DNA from: Patescibacteria group bacterium
Lineage (GTDB): Bacteria > Bacteroidota > Ignavibacteria > Kapaibacteriales > DASPKH01
Direction of reading: 5' to 3'
Assembly (NCBI GenBank): GCA_035628175.1
Contig: DASPKH010000206.1
Span: 1 to 43,044 of the forward strand
Length of the DNA stretch: 43,044 nucleotides
Part shown: in pieces, positions 1-9,410 of the stretch
Layout: each line of letters opens with the position of its first letter
Position numbering within the stretch: position 1 is the first letter of the stretch
Notes under the pieces: generated by a model
Databases searched by the model: none
The model's input: the letters and a program-made list of their open reading frames with translations, nothing else
What the model was told of the DNA's origin: nothing
Translations under genes and position numbers: made by a program

Positions 1-146
1 AAAAAGAATATAATTTTCTTTCCATATCCGTAAAAATACTTGATTTTTTGAAAACATAATTGTAATTTACACGAATCAAGTTTAAAGCGTAAAAAATCAT
101 CTCTCAGTTGTTTCAATATTTATTCATCTTTTTTGAGGAAAAACGT

Positions 147-3100
147 ATGTTTAAACGTTTACTCAGTATGTGTGTCGCTGTAGCAGCATTGCTCATGGCC
201 GCCCCCACGCAACCTGCCAATGCGCAGACTGTTGTAACGGTGGGTAACCAGAATTACAATAGCTACATGTACCCATACTCCATGTATTACTTCTATACGA
301 AGATATACAGTGCTCAGCTTTATAATAGCACTGTCTTAACGACGGCAAATGGTGGCTCTGCTCCAATCGGCCTAATCTCAAGGCTTGAATGGAGGACAGC
401 ACAGGAAGATGTGTACTATCGTAACTGGTACGCAGATAAAGGCCAGACAGTTAAAATTTACATGGGTATTTCTCCTACAGCTCAATGGCCATCAACTACA
501 TTACCTGCATGGCCGCAGTTTATTAGTGGCCAGGGCAATACTGCTTTGCAGAATGTTCAACTGGTGTACGAGGGTAAAGGATTTACATCAACCCTTCCAT
601 ACAATTCATGGGAAGGATTTGATCTCCAGAATCGCTATTTGTATACTGGTGGCAACCTTGTTGTAGCTGTCCAGATTGACAAGCCTGAGGGTCAGTATGC
701 TTGGCCAGATTATGTATATGAGTATGGCTTCTGGAAATCTACATACCTAGCTGGCGATGCACCAAACGGTACGAACCGTACAAATGCGTACTGGTATGGA
801 TATAATGGTTGGGATCAGAGTGCGATTGCAGGGTATGACGCAAGCTATTATGGCCGTCCGGATATTCGCTTGCACGTCCTAAGTGGTATCGAAGCTTCAT
901 TCCCTGATGATGTTGATCCGCGCAGAATCCTTCGTGCAGGCTATATTTATGATGGAAGCAGCTCTTCGTTCCCACGTCCGTCTCTGACTTTCCGCACAAG
1001 CCCAGGTGAGGTGGAGCTTACGTATAGAATTCAAAGTGTAGCTACCGGTCAAACAATCTATACTGCGACTGATAATGGTAATCCAAATGATACTATTATC
1101 AATCTTACCTATACTACTTCGGGACTTGTAACGCACAACTTTACCACAGCTAAGGGTATTGCTGTAGGCACTAATGGTGCTCTTGATCTTACAAATATCA
1201 ATGGTGGAGCTTACAGACTCATTGCATCGTATAGAACTCCATCTTCAGGCTATAACCAGCAGTGGATGAAGGAATTCAATATTGCATTTGAGCGTGATCT
1301 TTCTATCCGTCAGATCACTGCTCCGTATCCAAGCACTGACGCACGTCAGTTTAAGTACCCACGTGGAACCCCTATTCCAGTCCAGGCACGTTTCCAAAAC
1401 GTAGGGCTTGACAATATCACTTCATTCCGTGCTGTTGCCCGTGTTTATAATCAGCAAAATGTAATGGTATATGTGGATACGGTAAACTTTAGCGGCAGCC
1501 TTGCTACCGGTGATGTTGCTACAATTGACTTTGCAAATTTTGCTACGTTGAATGTTGGCGACTACCGTATTTCTATCTGTGGTTACCTACTGAGTGGACA
1601 GGACCAACAATTTGGTAATGATTGTATGCCGACTGCTGGTAATACATATACATTTACCGTACAGTATGGTGTAGAGGCTGAAGCAACATCAATCATCCGT
1701 CCAAATTCAACTGATAATACTACGTATTATGCCGGCCGTCCGATTGTACCTTTTGCAGTATTTACGAACAAAGGTATTGAGGATCTATCTGATATCCCTG
1801 CAACAATGACTATTACCCGTAGTGGTACGACTGTCTATACCAGCAATATTATAGTTTCTGATATAGCGCGTAATGCCTCTGCTAATGGTACATTTGAGAG
1901 CTTTACCCCACCAGGACCTGGATCATATCAGGCATGTGTATCTATTAATCATGAAGATGATGCAATCTCGACGAATAATAGCGTTTGTGCATCATTTAAT
2001 GTTTCCGGAGCTTTGGAAGGTACGTACACGATTGGTTCTCAAAATAGTGGTAGTCAGCGTAACTTTGCAACATTCCAGGATGCGGCTAATGCACTTTATA
2101 GTGCAGGTGTTACCGGGCCTGTGGTTTTTGAATTAACTGATGCTAACTATGTAGTAGGTAATTCATCGGTAAATGGTTATGCACTTGATCTTCGTTCAAC
2201 TATTATTGGTGTGAATGCGACGAATACTATTACATTCAGACCATCACAGGCTCGCTCTGCTTCCCGAGCAAGTGTAACAGTACAATTAAGATCTGGAAAT
2301 GGTATTGGTATAGCACTTGGCGAGTCATACTTCCCGTCAAACCTTAATGCAGTTTATAACCAAGCTAAGTCTCACTCCTACGCTAACGCAACAGGTTATA
2401 TCACATTTGATGGTGGCACGCAGAAATCACTGCGCTTTACTCTTGAGAGCAATGCAGCACAGCGTGCAGTATTCTACCTGGGCAATGAATCAAACAACAC
2501 AATGATCCGCAACGTGATCATCGAGAACTCACCGAACTCAACAGCAAGCTACAACAGCTCACTGCCGAGAGTGATCTTCTCCCAGAGCGATCTTACGTTT
2601 ACCTATGAAGGAGATGTGCGCACACCATCGAGCGGCCCTGTGCAAACGTACAGTGCAGCTATCGTGATCCGCAATATTCCAACCCTGCGTAGTAATCTTC
2701 AGACAATTTCTGTAGGCGTGGCAGACACGAACACATCGGATAACAACCGGGTAGTAGGCAACGAGATCAGCGGATTTGGTTTTGGTGTAGTAGGTATCGG
2801 CATAGGCCCGCTATACAAGCCAACCCAAGGACGCTTTGACCGTTACTACATGAAAGGTCTTGAGATCCGTGACAACCTGATCCAGAACATCTCACGCGCA
2901 GGAATTTTTGTAGCCAACACAGAAGGTGCAGAAATTACGGGTAACCGTATAGCAGGCGTAGGTGTAGCGTCGACCGGGGTAGCCGGCGAAGCATCCGGTA
3001 TCCGTACAGGAGGCGAAGCATCATACAATAACATGAACATGCGCATCGGACGCAACGAGATCAGCGGAATAACAAGCGCAAGCTTCGCACGCGGGATTGC

Positions 3101-5777
3101 AGTTGAGCAGGTAGAGCAGGAGTTTCTCACAGGAACCAACGCTGTATACCGCTTTCCGGATGCAGGTGGCCGCAACAAAACAACAGGCAATATCGTCTGG
3201 GGTGTAAACCGTACAGCAGGAGCCGGCTATGCAGCAGGTATCCACTACTTTACACAGCGTTCAGCAGCACAGACAGGCATCAACCAGATGGTGACGCCAC
3301 AGAGAGTTCGCTTCTTTACAACGCAGGACACGATCGCCGGCAACACGGTTATCATGCAAAATGACAGCCAGACAGGTACAGGCATTGTAGCCGGTATCGG
3401 AGTACAGCAGGCACGCGCAGCAGTTGTCATGAACAACGCGATTGCAGTACTGGGTGGCTCAACCACAGCAACAACAGCAAACACAGCATTACTGATTCAG
3501 GGCATGGCAAACCAGAAGATCCGCACAGGAGCACAGGCAGGCCAAATGACCCAGAATGCTGTAATGAGCGACCGCAATGCATTCTGGACACCAAATGCGA
3601 CGATTGCACGCTTTATCCAGGTAGATGACCAGAGCCGCATGGTAAGCATGGGTACATACGATGAGTATACAACCCTTACGCAGTGGCGCCAGGGAGCAAG
3701 CCAGGACTTAAGCTCAGTCTATGGCGACTGGACATCAGACTATGAATACCGTGGTACAGCTCCACTACAGATGCTGAGAGTAAAAGCAAATCCGGCTCCA
3801 ATCGGCTCGATCCTCAATAACCGTGGTGAGCGTATGGCAAACCTTGGTATGGACATCGATAACGAAGTGCGCGGAGCAGCAGGCCAGCGTCCTGATATCG
3901 GAGGTGATGAATTTAATGGCCGTCTGTATGTCAACGACATAGAGTCAGTAGAAATCATCCGTCCGGGCTCGTACCGCTCTCAGACAGGCAACTTCCGTGA
4001 TGCAGAGTATATCATGACACAGGCTCCTGTGAGTGTGACAGTGCGTCTGCGCAACGGTGGAAGCATTGCTCAGGCAGATGCGCCGGTAACACTGCGTATC
4101 TATGCTGAAACAGCAGGAAGCGCTCAGATGAACCCAATCCCGCAGGAAGCTACCTATAGCCAGTCGCCGGTACTGACGCAGACACTGCGCACAAACATGC
4201 CGGCTGGTGAGTCTGTAGACGTAGAGTTCTCAAATCTGAACTTCACACCACAGACATATGCACAGATGGGAATGGCCTCAACTATTCCTGCGCAGTTTGC
4301 AACAATGGCACAGAACGTAACGCCACGCTACCGTATTGAGATCGAGACAATATCAGACGAAAACAACTCGAACAACATTACAGGCAAAGACGTACGCTTC
4401 TATCTAGTAAAATCGCCGATCCGTATGCTTGCAAGTGTTACCGGATCAACCGTCAGCCTGACATCATCTACATCGCAGAATGACATTGCAGGCCGCCTGA
4501 ACACAGATACGCTCCGTATGGCTCTTCGTGCATTAGGCTGGGACAACAATGGTACAAATGTGGGTGTCTATGACCTGTTTGACCGCGGAAGCTGGGAACC
4601 ACGGGCAGTAGACTACACGCCATACCGCACACTTGTATGGGCAGATGATACAACACGCCTTACAATGACCGAGCGTATGGACCTAAGCAACTATGTGTAC
4701 TCAGGTTCTATTACCAATAAGAAAAACCTTGCAATGTCCACTCAGGAAGTTGCACGCAAACACGTAGGCTTTGAACCGGTAAACGATGAAGGCTTCGTGC
4801 GCAATGTTCTTCGTGCACAGTATGTATCTCCTGGCACGCCGTTTAATCCGAACTACGACGGACGCCGCGTAATCGGTATGGCAATTGCTGAAGCTACAGC
4901 TGACTTTGTACGCTCAACCGGCGTAACAGGTGATGCAGCTCCTGTACCGGCTCTTCTTCGTGTATACTCTGATGCAACGACCGAAGGTCTAGCACGTGCA
5001 GCATACAAATACGAAACACGCTCAACCGGAGTCCTTGACTCGATCATGGGTGTTGCCTCAACAGCTACATATGCAAACGTTGTTTACCTTGGAGTAGACT
5101 GGAGACACTATGCACGTACACAAAACTCAAGCCGCTCAGGCGCTGAACGTGTACTTCGTGGTGTTATGGACTTCTTTGAGAAAAATGGCGGAACGGTTGT
5201 TCCTGTTGAGCTCGCCGGAGGATTACAGGGCGAAGCACGCCGCAGCGACAACCAGTGGACAGTAGACCTCTGGTGGAAAGTAGCAAGCGAAGTAAACGTT
5301 GCTGACTACTCGGTAGAGCGCGCTGAGCTTACCGCCCGCGGCCTTGGTGAGTTTACTTCTGTTACCAGCAAAGCTCCTGGTATGGTTGACTACCTTGTGA
5401 CAGACAGAACAGTAGAAGCAGGACGCACATATGTGTACCGCCTGCGCTCAACTGACCTTGATGGAACAAGCAGCCTTAGCAACATCGTTGAAGTTTCCAC
5501 AGGTGATCAGCAAGCAGCTCAGACAATGACGCTTGCTCCGATGCCGGTAATGAACGCTTCAACTCTGGAGTATGCACTTTCTACAGAAGGCGCAGTAGAG
5601 TTCATTATCTTTGATGCTCAGGGCGCTGAAGTTATGAGATTTACTGAAGGTAATCGCCAGGCAGGTACCCATACTGCTCAGCTGAATGCTTCGGCTCTTG
5701 CCAGCGGTGCTTATACCGTTCAGTTGAACATCAATGGTACTTCTGCTGCTACTCTTAAATTCTCTGTCCTTAAGTAA
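147..5777 (+). CDS. Very large secreted surface protein: signal peptide, CARDB-like Ig modules, right-handed beta-helix (PbH1-like) repeats, Fn3-like module, C-terminal T9SS (Por) sorting domain
   Basis: The track ORF is 108-5777 (TTG). I prefer the ATG at 147 (GAGGA at 135-139), which gives the signal peptide MFKRLLSMCVAVAALLMAAPTQPANAQ. CARDB-like modules end in N-rich motifs (QFGNDCMP, DAISTNNSVCASF, SDENNSNNITG). Beta-helix repeats are NRVVGNEISG, IRDNLIQNISRAGI, ITGNRIAGVG and RIGRNEISG. There is an Fn3-like module (YVYRLRSTDLDGTSS). The last ~80 aa, ending YTVQLNINGTSAATLKFSVLK, look like a T9SS type-A CTD. Confidence 0.85.
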   Translation: MFKRLLSMCVAVAALLMAAPTQPANAQTVVTVGNQNYNSYMYPYSMYYFYTKIYSAQLYNSTVLTTANGGSAPIGLISRLEWRTAQEDVYYRNWYADKGQTVKIYMGISPTAQWPSTTLPAWPQFISGQGNTALQNVQLVYEGKGFTSTLPYNSWEGFDLQNRYLYTGGNLVVAVQIDKPEGQYAWPDYVYEYGFWKSTYLAGDAPNGTNRTNAYWYGYNGWDQSAIAGYDASYYGRPDIRLHVLSGIEASFPDDVDPRRILRAGYIYDGSSSSFPRPSLTFRTSPGEVELTYRIQSVATGQTIYTATDNGNPNDTIINLTYTTSGLVTHNFTTAKGIAVGTNGALDLTNINGGAYRLIASYRTPSSGYNQQWMKEFNIAFERDLSIRQITAPYPSTDARQFKYPRGTPIPVQARFQNVGLDNITSFRAVARVYNQQNVMVYVDTVNFSGSLATGDVATIDFANFATLNVGDYRISICGYLLSGQDQQFGNDCMPTAGNTYTFTVQYGVEAEATSIIRPNSTDNTTYYAGRPIVPFAVFTNKGIEDLSDIPATMTITRSGTTVYTSNIIVSDIARNASANGTFESFTPPGPGSYQACVSINHEDDAISTNNSVCASFNVSGALEGTYTIGSQNSGSQRNFATFQDAANALYSAGVTGPVVFELTDANYVVGNSSVNGYALDLRSTIIGVNATNTITFRPSQARSASRASVTVQLRSGNGIGIALGESYFPSNLNAVYNQAKSHSYANATGYITFDGGTQKSLRFTLESNAAQRAVFYLGNESNNTMIRNVIIENSPNSTASYNSSLPRVIFSQSDLTFTYEGDVRTPSSGPVQTYSAAIVIRNIPTLRSNLQTISVGVADTNTSDNNRVVGNEISGFGFGVVGIGIGPLYKPTQGRFDRYYMKGLEIRDNLIQNISRAGIFVANTEGAEITGNRIAGVGVASTGVAGEASGIRTGGEASYNNMNMRIGRNEISGITSASFARGIAVEQVEQEFLTGTNAVYRFPDAGGRNKTTGNIVWGVNRTAGAGYAAGIHYFTQRSAAQTGINQMVTPQRVRFFTTQDTIAGNTVIMQNDSQTGTGIVAGIGVQQARAAVVMNNAIAVLGGSTTATTANTALLIQGMANQKIRTGAQAGQMTQNAVMSDRNAFWTPNATIARFIQVDDQSRMVSMGTYDEYTTLTQWRQGASQDLSSVYGDWTSDYEYRGTAPLQMLRVKANPAPIGSILNNRGERMANLGMDIDNEVRGAAGQRPDIGGDEFNGRLYVNDIESVEIIRPGSYRSQTGNFRDAEYIMTQAPVSVTVRLRNGGSIAQADAPVTLRIYAETAGSAQMNPIPQEATYSQSPVLTQTLRTNMPAGESVDVEFSNLNFTPQTYAQMGMASTIPAQFATMAQNVTPRYRIEIETISDENNSNNITGKDVRFYLVKSPIRMLASVTGSTVSLTSSTSQNDIAGRLNTDTLRMALRALGWDNNGTNVGVYDLFDRGSWEPRAVDYTPYRTLVWADDTTRLTMTERMDLSNYVYSGSITNKKNLAMSTQEVARKHVGFEPVNDEGFVRNVLRAQYVSPGTPFNPNYDGRRVIGMAIAEATADFVRSTGVTGDAAPVPALLRVYSDATTEGLARAAYKYETRSTGVLDSIMGVASTATYANVVYLGVDWRHYARTQNSSRSGAERVLRGVMDFFEKNGGTVVPVELAGGLQGEARRSDNQWTVDLWWKVASEVNVADYSVERAELTARGLGEFTSVTSKAPGMVDYLVTDRTVEAGRTYVYRLRSTDLDGTSSLSNIVEVSTGDQQAAQTMTLAPMPVMNASTLEYALSTEGAVEFIIFDAQGAEVMRFTEGNRQAGTHTAQLNASALASGAYTVQLNINGTSAATLKFSVLK

Positions 5778-5791
5778 AAATTGGTAAATAA

Positions 5792-5826
5792 AGGGATAGA
5801 GGGTGAAAGCTCTATCCCTCTTTTGA
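5792..5826 (+). terminator. Intrinsic terminator after the giant gene
   Basis: 10-bp stem AGGGATAGAG (5792-5801) / CTCTATCCCT (5810-5819), followed by CTTTTG. Confidence 0.6.
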
Positions 5827-5840
5827 CTGGATTATTTACA

Positions 5841-5882
5841 ACATAAAAGCCCCTTTCTAAATACAGAAAGGGGCTTTTATGT
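5841..5882. terminator. Bidirectional hairpin between convergent genes
   Basis: Perfect 18-bp stem ACATAAAAGCCCCTTTCT / AGAAAGGGGCTTTTATGT with a 6-nt loop. A/T runs inside both arms allow termination from either side. Confidence 0.65.
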
Positions 5883-5899
5883 TGTTATAAGGGTAAAGT

Positions 5900-6121
5900 T
5901 TACTGCGTCGCGAAATTGATTAGTTCTAAAACACCAATGCTAATAAGTGCAAGGATGATAATAAAAATCACCCAATTGATAATTGATTTGCGTTTCAAAG
6001 TTTTTTGAATCTCTTCAGGGGTCTGTAGTTCTGGTGTTTTATTTCCAAACATGAGGTATACAAGAGTTAATAGAAATTGGAGATACCAAACATATTGAAT
6101 ATGAATCCATGGATTTGACAA
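5900..6121 (-). CDS. Small hypothetical membrane protein
   Basis: The ORF has a TTG start at 6121 and an alternative ATG at 6052. It has one or two hydrophobic segments (INWVIFIIILALISIGVL). No family recognised. Confidence 0.3.
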   Translation of the reverse strand: MSNPWIHIQYVWYLQFLLTLVYLMFGNKTPELQTPEEIQKTLKRKSIINWVIFIIILALISIGVLELINFATQ

Positions 6122-6209
6122 AGTTTTAGAAGAAAAATTGTACGAAATTGTGGAACTTCACGTAATTTTGGCTATTATACATAGTTCTACTTCTATGATT
6201 GTCAGTTAG

Positions 6210-7874
6210 ATGTCAGTAAAAAAAATATATCTGCTTGCACTACTGTCCGGGATTCTCCTTGGACTTACATATCCACCATTTCCGCTTGGTATTCTTGCAT
6301 TTTTTGGTTTTGTACCTCTTTTAAAAGCCCTGGAAGAAAAACGTACGATTGGCCAGACCCTTAGTCTCCTCTATCTGTGTTTCTTTGTCTATCATGGTAT
6401 AGCAAACTGGTGGGTGGGAAGCTGGCAGCCTGAAGCTGATCCCTACCTGCTTGCTTCAGGTATAGCGCTCTGGCTTGGCCATCCATTCTTTTTTATGGTG
6501 CCTGTAGCCGGCTATTTGTTTTTAAAAAAAACTATGGGTCGCGAGAGGGCGCTATGGTGTTTCCCGCTTTTATGGACAGCATTTGAGTGGCTGCATGGTC
6601 TTGGAGAATTTTCATATCCGTGGGTATCGTTGGGCTATTCACAGATCTATCATACATACTGGGTACAGATTGCCGATATTGGCGGCATATGGTGCATTAC
6701 GTTTGTTATAGTGCTCGTTAATTCGCTTATTTCGCAAATATATTTCTCATTTAAGGAAAATGCTGCAAATGAGGCACGTAGCGGATTTTTTAAAACTCCT
6801 TTTGCATTCAAGAGGATACTTGCTATTGCTTGTTGTATAATCGCACCGATTATATATAGTCAGATAAAACTTGTAGAATACTCTCATAATAACCTTTTAA
6901 AAAACTCTCCGCGGAAGATTTCGGTCGGGATAATACAGCCGAATATCAATCCGTGGAGAAAGTGGGGTGATGATCCAAACGCCCGCATTGAGCAATTATA
7001 TATGCATCAGCGCATTCAGGATTCACTCCGTTATTCTGCGGGTGGCCGGCTCGACATGACAGTGTGGAGCGAAACCTCGATTCCGATGTATATTCTTACA
7101 CCGCAGGAATATTTCTACTTTCATCCTTTAAAAAACTGGATTGATACATCAGAGACAGCTCTCTTAAGCGGCTTTCCAGACCTCTTCTTTTATGAAGATT
7201 CTTTTAAAGCACCCCCGTCGTCCAAACAAATGAACGACGGGTCGGGTCAGCGCTATGATACCTATAATGCTGCATTCCTTTTAAACCCTTATGCTTCTGA
7301 ACCCCAGACATACCGCAAGATGAAGCTCACGCCCTTTGCAGAACGAGTACCCTATGCAGATGAATTTTCCTTTGCTCTTTCACTGTTTGAGTGGGGAGTG
7401 GGAATTTCCGGTTATGGAAAAGGCCCGAAACAGGAAACGATGATTTTAAAAACAAAAAACGGCAATGTTGAGCTAGGCAGTATTATTTGTATCGAATCAA
7501 TTTACCCTGATTTTGTGCGGAATTTTGTAGTACAGGGCGCTGAATTACTCACAATTATCACCAATGACGCTTGGTTTGACCACACACCGGGGCCTGAACA
7601 GCATTATCAGATTGGAGCAATGAGAGCGATTGAAAACCGGCGCTATATTGCGCGCTGTGGTAATACTGGCGTCTCAGGTTTTATCACGCCCACAGGCAAT
7701 TCTTTAAAGCGGGCCCCACAATACACTGCTGTCGGTATCGCCGAAACACTTCCACTTTTGAAAGACCGCTCAATCTATACACGCTTTGGCGACTGGCTCC
7801 CCCAGCTCTGTACAGGTGTTTCGGTGCTTACTCTGCTTGCAGGCGTGTTTTTAAAAAGAAAAAAGGCTTTTTAA
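6210..7874 (+). CDS. lnt: Apolipoprotein N-acyltransferase
   Basis: Multi-TM N-terminal half followed by a CN-hydrolase domain. The E-K-C triad contexts are VWSETS, RKMKLTPFAE and ICIESIYP. Length is 554 aa. Confidence 0.9.
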   Translation: MSVKKIYLLALLSGILLGLTYPPFPLGILAFFGFVPLLKALEEKRTIGQTLSLLYLCFFVYHGIANWWVGSWQPEADPYLLASGIALWLGHPFFFMVPVAGYLFLKKTMGRERALWCFPLLWTAFEWLHGLGEFSYPWVSLGYSQIYHTYWVQIADIGGIWCITFVIVLVNSLISQIYFSFKENAANEARSGFFKTPFAFKRILAIACCIIAPIIYSQIKLVEYSHNNLLKNSPRKISVGIIQPNINPWRKWGDDPNARIEQLYMHQRIQDSLRYSAGGRLDMTVWSETSIPMYILTPQEYFYFHPLKNWIDTSETALLSGFPDLFFYEDSFKAPPSSKQMNDGSGQRYDTYNAAFLLNPYASEPQTYRKMKLTPFAERVPYADEFSFALSLFEWGVGISGYGKGPKQETMILKTKNGNVELGSIICIESIYPDFVRNFVVQGAELLTIITNDAWFDHTPGPEQHYQIGAMRAIENRRYIARCGNTGVSGFITPTGNSLKRAPQYTAVGIAETLPLLKDRSIYTRFGDWLPQLCTGVSVLTLLAGVFLKRKKAF

Positions 7875-7988
7875 AGTTTGATAAAAAACTTTTTAAAACT
7901 TCTTTTCAAAAACTTCGTAAAACATTATAAATTCGTTTCTTAAAAAGATAATTTATCATTGTTGATCTACTTTTAAAGGATTTTTTCT

Positions 7989-9332
7989 ATGAAAATTCCG
8001 GGAATTTTGCGTTTGCAAAACCTTGCTGTAGCTATCGCAGCATTTGCCGTTTTTTACGTGCCGGCTAAGGCGCAGTTTAAGCCAATTACTTTTTCTGAAT
8101 ACACACTGCCAAATGGCCTGCATGTGATCCTGCACCGTGATGAATCAGCACCCGTTGTTTCTACAGTGGTGCATTACCGCGTGGGTGCGCGTGATGAAGA
8201 TCCTACACGATCAGGCTTTGCGCACTTTTTCGAGCACCTGATGTTTGAAGGTACAAGCAATATCGAGCGCGCCGCGATGAGCGGTTACGTGCAGGAAGCA
8301 GGCGGCACGCTTAATGCGTACACTTCCTTTGATGAAACAGTGTACCAATTTACGCTTCCATCAAATGAATTAAAGCTTGCGCTTTGGATCGAATCTCAGC
8401 GTATGCGTAGTCTGCTTGTGGATGAAATTGGCGTTCAAACACAGCGAGGTGTAGTAAAGGAAGAGCGCAAAAACCGCTATGACAATGCACCGTACGGCAC
8501 ATGGATGGAATCTATTTTTAAAAATCTTTTTGGTACGGGAACATACTCGTGGACGCCGATTGGTTCAGCACAGCATATCGATTCAGCAAAAATTGATGAA
8601 TTCCGCTCGTTTTATAATCAGTTTTATCAGCCGAATAATGCTACACTCGTGATCGCAGGCGACTTTAATATGACGGAAGCGCGCGAGTGGGTAGATCAAT
8701 ATTTCGGTGGGTTTAAAAATGCTGGTGATATAAAGCGCAACCAGATGAATGTAACTCAGATACAAAACGAAGTACGTCAGACAGTTGAAGATCCAAAGGC
8801 GCAGCTTCCCGCTGTGTTTATTGGTTTTACCGGCCCGAAAAAAGGCAGCTCGGATATCTACGCAATGGAAATGCTGACTGATATTCTTTCTAATGGAGAA
8901 AGCTCACGTATGTACCGCCGCCTGGTAGACCAAGACCAGATCGCTGTGGCAGCGCAATCATTTGCCTTTGACCTGCAATACGGTGGCGCGCTGATTGCTC
9001 TTGGCGTTGCAGCTCCCGGCAAAGATATTTCCATTGTTGAAAAAACAATTTATGATGAGATTAACCGCATTGTTCGCGAAGGTGTCACTGATAAAGAATT
9101 TGAGAAAGCGCGTAATATTATTGAGGCCAAATTCGTACAGGGAAAAAAAGGAACGCTTGAAAAGGCGATCGCTTTGGCGCAATACCATACATATTTTGGA
9201 AGTGCATCGGTTATCAACAATGAAATTGACCGCTACATGAAAGTAACAAAGGCCGACCTACAGCGTGTGGCTCAGCAGTATCTCAATAGCGACAAGCGTG
9301 TAGTGCTTACCTACTTGCCAAAAGGCCAATAA
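7989..9332 (+). CDS. M16 (pitrilysin/insulinase) family zinc peptidase, catalytic subunit
   Basis: Signal peptide, then the inverted zinc motif HxxEH in GFAHFFEHLMFEGT. The length (447 aa) is typical. Confidence 0.9.
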   Translation: MKIPGILRLQNLAVAIAAFAVFYVPAKAQFKPITFSEYTLPNGLHVILHRDESAPVVSTVVHYRVGARDEDPTRSGFAHFFEHLMFEGTSNIERAAMSGYVQEAGGTLNAYTSFDETVYQFTLPSNELKLALWIESQRMRSLLVDEIGVQTQRGVVKEERKNRYDNAPYGTWMESIFKNLFGTGTYSWTPIGSAQHIDSAKIDEFRSFYNQFYQPNNATLVIAGDFNMTEAREWVDQYFGGFKNAGDIKRNQMNVTQIQNEVRQTVEDPKAQLPAVFIGFTGPKKGSSDIYAMEMLTDILSNGESSRMYRRLVDQDQIAVAAQSFAFDLQYGGALIALGVAAPGKDISIVEKTIYDEINRIVREGVTDKEFEKARNIIEAKFVQGKKGTLEKAIALAQYHTYFGSASVINNEIDRYMKVTKADLQRVAQQYLNSDKRVVLTYLPKGQ

Positions 9333-9410
9333 TCTGCTTAAACCCAATGTTAAAAAGATTAGGACCTTGAAAAATTTTTAAAAGAAATTCCATATAAAAT
9401 TTAAAACCAT

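Noticed and set aside
108-146. TTG-initiated 13-codon N-terminal extension of the giant ORF (MFQYLFIFFEEKR)
   Set aside because: The ATG at 147 is preceded by GAGGA and yields a canonical signal peptide. The extension would bury it.
9165-9172. The cyanobacterial HIP1 word GCGATCGC (also at 26091-26098)
   Set aside because: I saw only two copies in 43 kb, which is not enriched. The iterated palindrome in this genome is TTTTAAAA, not HIP1.
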